Below, in pieces: positions 26,253 through 32,000 of a stretch of DNA of 32,000 nucleotides. The stretch lies in the sequence record MT498063.1; one strand, given 5' to 3'. How positions within the stretch are numbered: position 1 is the stretch's first letter; each line of letters begins with the position of its first letter. A model generated the notes under the pieces. The model saw nothing but the letters and a program-made list of their open reading frames with translations. It did no database searches and was not told the origin of the DNA. A program made the position numbers and the translations under genes. Origin of the DNA: Microbacterium phage Mercedes.

Positions 26253-27088
26253 CGCTCCTGGCTCCCGTCCCAGACCTGCCTGGTCTGGTCGCCCCAGCCG
26301 TCACCGAGGAACTTGGGTGCTTCACCGGTACCCGCCGGCTCCTCGTGGTGCGGGTCCTGCCAGACACGGCGAGCGATGCGCTCCTCGATGTCTGCCGCCG
26401 TGTCGGCCAGCAGCTCGAAGTGACGAGGGTAGACGTGCAGGTTGGCCACCTGGAAGGTGATGTCGCCACGGGTGACCATCGGGTCCCCGCGCTCCTCCGT
26501 CAGCTGACCCAGGTCGGCCAGCAGGCGGTTCATCAGGTCGTTCCACATGCTGAAGTCGGCACGGTAGCCGAACACGGCATCCATACTGCGCATCTGCGCG
26601 ATGATGTTCAGCCGGTTGTCGGCGTCGACCATGAAGTTCAGCGCGTTGGTGCAGATGAAGTCGTTCCGGCCGTTCCAGTTGGCCAGCTCGTGGATGTCGC
26701 GGTCACTGATGATGGCCACCGCGTGACGGGTGTGCAGGCCCTCGTGACGGAGGGTCAGCAGCACGCGCTCGTACAGGGTGGGCGGCTGGGGGATGTACTC
26801 TCCCTGGCCGAAGAGGATGTGGCCGTAGGCCGAGTTGACCTTGCCGTCCCAGCCTGCGCATGCCTGGAACAGCTTGGGCACCGGACCTTCCATGTCCTCG
26901 AGCTTGTCGCTGCCCGAGTTGAACCAGGCCAGCTCACGCCGCACCCAGTCCTCGTTGACCTGACCGATCATGGAGTGCTGGTCAGCCAGCCAGTCAACCG
27001 AGTACAGAACCCGGTTGCCGGTGCGCCGGTCGATGGGTGCGGCAGCCAGGGCCAGCACGACATCTTCGATGGTATTCTTGTGGATCAT
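26249..27088 (-). CDS. thymidylate-synthase-fold deoxypyrimidine hydroxymethylase, probably dCMP hydroxymethylase-like
   Basis: 279 aa; NDFICTNALNFMVD (catalytic Cys146), QMRSMDAVFGYRADFSMW (RSxD motif; Asp178 where TS has Asn), VANLHVYPRHFELL (H-x-Y motif); SD GGAGG. Confidence 0.75.
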   Translation of the reverse strand: MIHKNTIEDVVLALAAAPIDRRTGNRVLYSVDWLADQHSMIGQVNEDWVRRELAWFNSGSDKLEDMEGPVPKLFQACAGWDGKVNSAYGHILFGQGEYIPQPPTLYERVLLTLRHEGLHTRHAVAIISDRDIHELANWNGRNDFICTNALNFMVDADNRLNIIAQMRSMDAVFGYRADFSMWNDLMNRLLADLGQLTEERGDPMVTRGDITFQVANLHVYPRHFELLADTAADIEERIARRVWQDPHHEEPAGTGEAPKFLGDGWGDQTRQVWDGSQER

Positions 27089-27124
27089 TTTGAGTCCTCC
27101 TTGGACTGCTGTGGGGTTGAAATC

Positions 27125-27153
27125 ATTCTAGCACGAGAGCGCGTGCTACGCAA
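27125..27153 (-). promoter_or_regulatory. promoter TTGCGT-N17-TAGAAT with 7-bp inverted repeat
   Basis: Complement of ACGCAA (27148-27153) and ATTCTA (27125-27130); inverted repeat TAGCACG-CGCTCT-CGTGCTA. Confidence 0.65.
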
Positions 27154-27160
27154 GGGGCAA

Positions 27161-27340
27161 CTACGGGCAGCTCGGCACCGCATCCTCGCCGGCAGCCATC
27201 GACAGAGCGAGCTCCTGGCTGAACACCTTGCGCTTGATGAGCCGCTTGACTTCTGCCAGCGCCTTCTTGGAGTTGGTCTGGCCGGACTTGTAGACCTCCG
27301 CTGCGGCGGCGATCTGCTGGTCGAGGGTGGTGGTTGCCAT
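27161..27340 (-). CDS. small hypothetical protein MATTTLDQQIAAAAEVYKSGQTNSKKALAEVKRLIKRKVFSQELALSMAAGEDAVPSCP
   Basis: 60-codon ORF read from sequence in an otherwise empty interval, same strand as neighbours. Confidence 0.6.
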   Translation of the reverse strand: MATTTLDQQIAAAAEVYKSGQTNSKKALAEVKRLIKRKVFSQELALSMAAGEDAVPSCP

Positions 27341-27349
27341 GATGAGTCC

Positions 27350-27514
27350 TTACGCGGTGAGAGCGGAGCGGGGAACGAACAGAGCCTTGTCCGGGTTGGC
27401 CAGGGTGGCCACCATGACATTAGCACGCGGGTCACTGTCGACTGCGAGGACCTCGACCTGCTGGCCGTTGTAGTTGAGGATGGCCCACTTGGTGATGGTG
27501 GCTGCGGTGTTCAT
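27350..27514 (-). CDS. small hypothetical protein MNTAATITKWAILNYNGQQVEVLAVDSDPRANVMVATLANPDKALFVPRSALTA
   Basis: 55-codon ORF read from sequence, closely spaced with the previous one. Confidence 0.55.
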   Translation of the reverse strand: MNTAATITKWAILNYNGQQVEVLAVDSDPRANVMVATLANPDKALFVPRSALTA

Positions 27515-27553
27515 GGCTTCAGCTTACACGTCATTCATGAAACACCGCAACCT

Positions 27554-28558
27554 TTAATTTGACTTTTCTTTGGCCCATTCCCTATTCATGTGCATCTGAG
27601 CTTGAACGCTCGCCCTGAAGTTCTTACCGCACTTGCAGGCCATGTTATCCTCGACAGGACCGTGCAAGCTCTGTATGAATTGCGCCGGGATGATGGTCTC
27701 GAAGTCGCCGTTCCGCCTGTACGGTGTGGCCGACTTGGGAAGCGGCTTCTCTGTGAGACGTGCGTATTTGGAGTACTCACAGAAGACGTTCTGCACGTCC
27801 ATCCAGCTCGCCGGCCTGCCGTTACTGCCTGGCAGCGTAGGCAGCAGCTCCACAGGGAAGTTCTGGATGATGTCCCGAGCTTCCTTCTCGCTGGCGTAGG
27901 TCTTGCCAACCAGATAGCCCGCGCCGCGCTTGGCCCCAGGGCCGGGGAGAATGTAGCTGTTCTCCTGATCAGCCTCACCCTTGCAGTATCCCAGGTCCGT
28001 AGCGATCTGCATCGCCATGAACGCCGCGATACCCCTGACTTCCTGCAGCAGCATAACCCGCGTTGCCAGGTCTCCCACTTCGGCCACATGACCTAGCAGG
28101 TTCGCAGCGGCCGGGAAGGTGGCCTGCATCTTGTCCACGATGGGCCGCGGATCGTTCGGTGACACTACGATCATGTAGGCACCCGACAGGAACCTACCAG
28201 GCCGTGCAGTGGCCACCGGGCGTACGACATCGTCATACCACTTGGGGTCGAAGATCTCATCTGCGCTGGGCACGAACCCGCCGTTCCGCTCGATAATATC
28301 CTCCATCGTGTCAGGACGGTTGACTTGCCTGTAGAAGTAGCTGAGAGCGAGCTGGCTCAGGGTGTCGCGCTGCGCCACGCCATCATCGTCATATGCACTC
28401 ATCAGGCTGATTAGGTACTGACTACCCCGATCCAGCACGCGGAACACGTTGGTGAACTTGCGCGTCGTGAGGATCTGGGATTTGGTGGTCTTGCCCTCCC
28501 AGAGCCGGTGCCTGGCCTTGGCGAAGTTCACCACCGTCTGAATGTCATCGAGCTTCAT
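27554..28558 (-). CDS. putative DNA base hypermodification protein (HMUDK_hel / aGPT-Pplase-like)
   Basis: 334 aa; VVNFAKARHRLW...TTRKFTNVFRVLDRGSQYLISLM matches the F-x-x-x-RH ... (R/K)FTN-x-(Y/F)R-x-x-DR-x-S-x-YL signature; SD AAGGAGG. Confidence 0.65.
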   Translation of the reverse strand: MKLDDIQTVVNFAKARHRLWEGKTTKSQILTTRKFTNVFRVLDRGSQYLISLMSAYDDDGVAQRDTLSQLALSYFYRQVNRPDTMEDIIERNGGFVPSADEIFDPKWYDDVVRPVATARPGRFLSGAYMIVVSPNDPRPIVDKMQATFPAAANLLGHVAEVGDLATRVMLLQEVRGIAAFMAMQIATDLGYCKGEADQENSYILPGPGAKRGAGYLVGKTYASEKEARDIIQNFPVELLPTLPGSNGRPASWMDVQNVFCEYSKYARLTEKPLPKSATPYRRNGDFETIIPAQFIQSLHGPVEDNMACKCGKNFRASVQAQMHMNREWAKEKSN

Positions 28559-28800
28559 GCTGCCTCCTTCAGCGTTGTGATGCAGGGTGTCGAGTACCGG
28601 ATGCGCACCTTGACGTCGCCGTTGAACTGAGGGCTGACGCTGGCCTCTTGGTTCGCGTACAGCGGCACGTCGTGCAGCCAGCTCAGCTCCTCGCTGGTGG
28701 CATCCAGCCAGGAGTCACGCGTTATGACGAACTCCTCGATCGGCTGCTCTGGCACGATGCCCGCGTCGATGGTGCCCTGGGTGAAGTAGAAGCTAGGCAC
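28555..28800 (-). CDS. hypothetical protein (V)PSFYFTQGTIDAGIVPEQPIEEFVITRDSW...
   Basis: GTG start at 28800 with GGAGGG upstream; 81 aa; ATGA overlap with the downstream gene. Confidence 0.6.
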   Translation of the reverse strand: MPSFYFTQGTIDAGIVPEQPIEEFVITRDSWLDATSEELSWLHDVPLYANQEASVSPQFNGDVKVRIRYSTPCITTLKEAA

Positions 28801-29146
28801 GGCCAGCCCTCCGCTTCCGCCGGGGCACCTTGGGTGGTGTGCCGTCCGTTTCGATGGCTGTCTTGACCTGGGTGACGCACTCCATGAAGTCATCACTGTT
28901 GTAGGCCGCGACCGCTTTCTCCAGGGCAGGCAGCGCCACCCGACAGATGGCGATCTGCTTGTCAGTCGAGGCGTTCTTGCCCTCGAACTTCTCTTGAGCC
29001 CTGAGCTGGTGGTACTCCTGCTTCTGCAGGTGCCCCAGCGTTTCACCGAGCACCTCGTGCGCCTGATCGCTGATCTCGCCATTGACGTGACCCTCGTTCA
29101 GAAGCTCGATGACCACCTTGCCTGCGATGCGTCGATCGGCGTTCAC
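28793..29146 (-). CDS. hypothetical protein
   Basis: GTG start at 29146 forming a GTGA overlap with the upstream stop; 117 aa. Confidence 0.6.
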   Translation of the reverse strand: MNADRRIAGKVVIELLNEGHVNGEISDQAHEVLGETLGHLQKQEYHQLRAQEKFEGKNASTDKQIAICRVALPALEKAVAAYNSDDFMECVTQVKTAIETDGTPPKVPRRKRRAGRA

Positions 29147-29640
29147 GCCTTGTCCCGAACGTCGAGACCCAGGATGGCGTACAGGTCGCCCCACACCCGC
29201 CAGGAGCTGAGTGTGTTGTTGGAGCCGCGGGCGTGGGCGTGGCGGTCGTCGGCATACTTCTTGACCGCTGCCCAGAGGTCGTGGCGCTGCTTCCGGTACG
29301 AAGCCGCTTCTTCCTTGAGACCGTCGTGGTCCTCGATGAAGCAGGCCAGCGCCTCGTCCTGACGTGCCATAATGACGTCGGTGATGGCCTGCCGCCGTTC
29401 GGGTGTGGCCGCATTCCAGATGGCCGCGAACTCGCCTGCACTGGCGATCGCCATGTTCGGTGCCGGCGACACCTCTGCGCCCTCGAGATCGACCTCCGTG
29501 ATTGACTCGACGGCAGTGACCGCCAGCTTATGAATGTACGTCCGGAGCTGCTCATTGCTGAGCATGCCGAAGCCTCCGTCGTACACCTCATCGGTGAGGG
29601 CTACCTCGACCGTGTTGATCAGGTCGTCCTTGGTACTCAT
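29143..29640 (-). CDS. hypothetical protein
   Basis: 165 aa ORF, translationally coupled to its neighbours. Confidence 0.7.
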   Translation of the reverse strand: MSTKDDLINTVEVALTDEVYDGGFGMLSNEQLRTYIHKLAVTAVESITEVDLEGAEVSPAPNMAIASAGEFAAIWNAATPERRQAITDVIMARQDEALACFIEDHDGLKEEAASYRKQRHDLWAAVKKYADDRHAHARGSNNTLSSWRVWGDLYAILGLDVRDKA

Positions 29641-30083
29641 TACATGTCTCGATTCCGCTGAATGCCGGTGTACGGCGAGTTGAAGACGCGGTTCTGCGCC
29701 TCGCTGTAGGGTGTGGCCAGCTCGCCCAGCTTGAACTCCAAACGGGGCTCAGCCTCCTTGAGCAGCTCCGCCTTCATGGACTCGGGCAGGCTATCCCACA
29801 GGTTGTGGACGGCCACGCTGATGGACTCGATGATGGGCTTGAAGGCCTCCTCCAGCGCGTTGACGAAGGACTCTACGATCGCCATAACGTGCTTCGCGAT
29901 CTCCTCGAGGTCCTGCTGCTCGAGATCGCTCAGCTCAGCGCCTGACTCCAGCTTGAGCTTGTGCTGTTCGAGCCGAAGGACCGCATCCATCTTCTTGTTG
30001 ATGCGTCGTTCACGGCCACACCTAGCGAAGTTGCACTCGACCCACTTGTCGCTGTTGGGCACGCGGCATTCGTAGAGGCTCAT
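29640..30083 (-). CDS. hypothetical protein
   Basis: 147 aa ORF, helical and charged, coupled to its neighbours. Confidence 0.65.
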   Translation of the reverse strand: MSLYECRVPNSDKWVECNFARCGRERRINKKMDAVLRLEQHKLKLESGAELSDLEQQDLEEIAKHVMAIVESFVNALEEAFKPIIESISVAVHNLWDSLPESMKAELLKEAEPRLEFKLGELATPYSEAQNRVFNSPYTGIQRNRDM

Positions 30084-30334
30084 GAGATATCCGCCGTGAA
30101 GTAGAGGCCCGTAAGCCTGTCCGCCACCGGATCGATGCCAGGCAGCAGCTTTTGCAGCTCCGGCACGGTCATGACGCGCGGTTCCGGGTTGCGCGTGACC
30201 AGCGTCTTGCGAACCTCGGTGGCCAGCGCCTCGAACTTCTTGTCCGCTTCACGCTGTGCCACCCGGATGGTGTCTTCGCGGTCGTGGTCGAGGAGCTCGT
30301 TCGTAACGAGGATGACCGCGTATGCTTCAGCCAC
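30080..30334 (-). CDS. hypothetical protein
   Basis: GTG start at 30334 (VAEAYAVILVTNELL...) with GGGGGAGG upstream; 84 aa. Confidence 0.6.
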   Translation of the reverse strand: MAEAYAVILVTNELLDHDREDTIRVAQREADKKFEALATEVRKTLVTRNPEPRVMTVPELQKLLPGIDPVADRLTGLYFTADIS

Positions 30335-30617
30335 GGTATGCCTCCCCCGTGACCTCGGCACCCGTGCGTTCCAGCGCCCGAGTGAGCGCCGCTACGAGTG
30401 TGGCCTTGTCCGTCATGGCTGACACCTTGGTGCCGCCCTCCTCGTAGAGGTACTGGGCCAGACGGTTGATGTCAACGGCGCTGATGACCGTGCCACGCTT
30501 GGCGACCTCCTCGTCGATGCGAGCCTGGAACTTCGCCTTGGCTGCCTCGATGCGTTCCTCCAATTCCTGCAGCGCCACAGCGTCAAACCCGCTCAGGGTG
30601 TATCCCTCGGCCATCAC
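30327..30617 (-). CDS. hypothetical protein
   Basis: 96 aa ORF overlapping its neighbours by a few bases. Confidence 0.65.
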   Translation of the reverse strand: MMAEGYTLSGFDAVALQELEERIEAAKAKFQARIDEEVAKRGTVISAVDINRLAQYLYEEGGTKVSAMTDKATLVAALTRALERTGAEVTGEAYRG

Positions 30618-30889
30618 TTCACCGCCGATGCGGGAACGTAGTTCGTGACCAGCTTGGCGAAGGTGAACCGGCGCAGCTTGCCGATGGTGTGAGGTGCCTT
30701 CGGTGCCTTCACCACCTTCATGACGCCCTGGCTGCTGAGCGACGGCAGTGCCACGATCTCGACCTCACGATGCTTGGGCTTCGCCTTGCCGGTCTTGCCC
30801 CGGTCGGTGTTCCGCACGTCGATGTCGATGAAGCGGTCACCCACCTTGATGTTGTTCGTGAGTTCGATCTTGCTGATGTTGCGGGCCAT
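30614..30889 (-). CDS. hypothetical protein, first gene of the leftward operon
   Basis: 91 aa with AAGGAGG upstream of the ATG at 30889. Confidence 0.75.
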   Translation of the reverse strand: MARNISKIELTNNIKVGDRFIDIDVRNTDRGKTGKAKPKHREVEIVALPSLSSQGVMKVVKAPKAPHTIGKLRRFTFAKLVTNYVPASAVK

Positions 30890-30929
30890 GATGCCTCCTT
30901 GGGGCGTCGTTGTTAGGCTGACAAATGTA

Positions 30930-30959
30930 AGTATGCCCTATAGGTACCTATAAGCGCAA
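30930..30959 (-). promoter_or_regulatory. promoter TTGCGC-N18-CATACT overlapping the palindrome TATAGGTACCTATA
   Basis: Complement of GCGCAA (30954-30959) and AGTATG (30930-30935); 14-bp perfect palindrome at 30939-30952 in the spacer. Confidence 0.6.
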
Positions 30960-31214
30960 CCCTGACTTTCTCGCTCCCTATATATACCTATACGCGCACG
31001 CGCGCGCCCTATCTTAGGAATAAAGGCACCACTTACAACCCGAACCCCACCGAAGGTGAGGGGTGAGGGCTGGGTGCCGAGAACCGACGCGCTCCACCGT
31101 GTCACATGCCATCTGCACAGCAGCTCTGAAGGATGCACGTTCGCTCAGCCCTGACGGGCCGCTCACGCACATCACGCTGACTGGCTCGGCACGAAAGCTT
31201 GAAACGCTGATCGC

Positions 31215-31243
31215 TTGCGGTGGGCTGGCAGTGATGCTATGGT
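31215..31243 (+). promoter_or_regulatory. promoter TTGCGG-N17-TATGGT for the rightward operon
   Basis: -35 at 31215-31220, -10 at 31238-31243, about 40 bp before the first + strand start. Confidence 0.6.
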
Positions 31244-31282
31244 GGTGCTAACCAAGTGCCCCACACACAGAAAGCTTCAATC

Positions 31283-31483
31283 ATGGAAGATCAGCAGGTT
31301 CCCCCTCCCGTCCAAGCGGTTCAGGTGAATGTTCCCGTTCGTCAGGCTCGTGACCGTGCTCAGTACGTCAGGCAGCAGCGCGGTCACTCCTGGGTTGTCT
31401 GGTGGCTGCTGCTCGGCCCCATCACCCTCTGGATCCCGGCTGTGTACTACAGCTTCAGCCCGAACCACTACTGGCACATCTGA
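31283..31483 (+). CDS. small membrane protein
   Basis: ATG at 31283; 66 aa with a TM segment WVVWWLLLGPITLWIPAVYY. Confidence 0.6.
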   Translation: MEDQQVPPPVQAVQVNVPVRQARDRAQYVRQQRGHSWVVWWLLLGPITLWIPAVYYSFSPNHYWHI

Positions 31484-31824
31484 TGACTACCGAGCAGATG
31501 GACTGGCTGGACGATGAGCGTTCAGGTCGCCACGCAGCTGTCACCCCGCCCGATCGGGAACTCGACTCCTCGGTGGTCAACGGCGGTCGTTCGCACATGA
31601 GCCCTGAGCAGCAGGTGATGGCACGGGAGATGTCACAGCCCAAGCCCATCGGCAAGGTGCTCGATGAGTTCATGGGTGAGCAGAACATCGACGCTGATGT
31701 TGATCGTATGGCTCATGTCCTCCTGGAAGAGCACTGCGCAGAGCTGCGCACGGGCTTGAAGGAGTGGGCCATGATCCAACGGGCAGTCGAGGCCGCTATC
31801 CGACTCGACCCTCGGGATCTGTGA
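31483..31824 (+). CDS. hypothetical protein MTTEQMDWLDDERSG...
   Basis: TGATG overlap with the upstream stop; 113 aa. Confidence 0.6.
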   Translation: MTTEQMDWLDDERSGRHAAVTPPDRELDSSVVNGGRSHMSPEQQVMAREMSQPKPIGKVLDEFMGEQNIDADVDRMAHVLLEEHCAELRTGLKEWAMIQRAVEAAIRLDPRDL

Positions 31825-32000
31825 TGGCTGCCTGCATCAACTGCAAGGGCACCATCAAGCCTGGGGAGCAGACCATCGATACGGTTGACGGCCTGTCGCA
31901 CTACGACTGCTGGGCCGTGCCTGACGATCCCACTCCTCGGCCCGTCTGCCCGGAGTGCTTCCTCGAGATCACGCCTGCGGGGTCGTGCGGCTGCTCCTAG
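31824..32000 (+). CDS. small zinc-finger-like protein
   Basis: 58 aa: MAACINCKGTIKPGEQTIDTVDGLSHYDCWAVPDDPTPRPVCPECFLEITPAGSCGCS, with CxxC, HxxxC and CxxC; TGATG coupled to the upstream ORF. Confidence 0.65.
   Translation: MAACINCKGTIKPGEQTIDTVDGLSHYDCWAVPDDPTPRPVCPECFLEITPAGSCGCS

Noticed and set aside
25672-26469. 265-aa version of the ORF ending at 25672
   Set aside because: N-terminal 187 codons are out-of-frame readings of the membrane and hydroxymethylase genes; the start at 25908 with SD gives a sensible 78-aa protein.
21595-28558. TET/JBP dioxygenase accompanying the TAGT-like glycosyltransferases
   Set aside because: No ORF in the window shows an obvious HxD...H dioxygenase core in this context; hydroxymethylation is better explained by the TS-fold enzyme.
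31063-31251. 62-aa + strand ORF in the divergent region
   Set aside because: It overlaps the candidate rightward promoter, lacks a clear SD and has a nondescript composition.
1-32000. CRISPR array, anti-phage defence island or transposon
   Set aside because: No regularly spaced direct repeats, no Cas or transposase-like ORFs; the RecB/Cas4-like protein fits a phage replication/recombination context.

Overview
The window is most of the genome of an actinobacterial siphovirus (high GC, MazG/Sak4/RepA-type replication module, LAXTG sortase motif). A rightward late operon (1-10684) holds a tail tube protein, tail assembly chaperones with a -1 frameshift at a GGGGGGC heptamer, tape measure, minor tail proteins, endolysin and holin. 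It meets a leftward early operon (30889 down to 10887) at a junction with several hairpins. The leftward operon carries primase-helicase, VRR-Nuc, SSB-like, Sak4-like, RecB/Cas4-like, PolA, SNF2-like and H1-like proteins. It also carries a secreted LAXTG surface protein and a candidate DNA base hypermodification set: a thymidylate-synthase-fold enzyme with the diagnostic Asn->Asp change of dCMP hydroxymethylases, a HMUDK_hel/aGPT-Pplase-like protein, a P-loop nucleotide kinase, two tandem TAGT-like glycosyltransferases and a MazG-like pyrophosphohydrolase. Other items of note are a 53-nt tRNA-like element lacking an anticodon arm, a family of TTGCGC-type promoters (one straddling a perfect 14-bp palindrome) and a new rightward operon starting at about 31283. 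All family assignments come from reading motifs; no database search was run.
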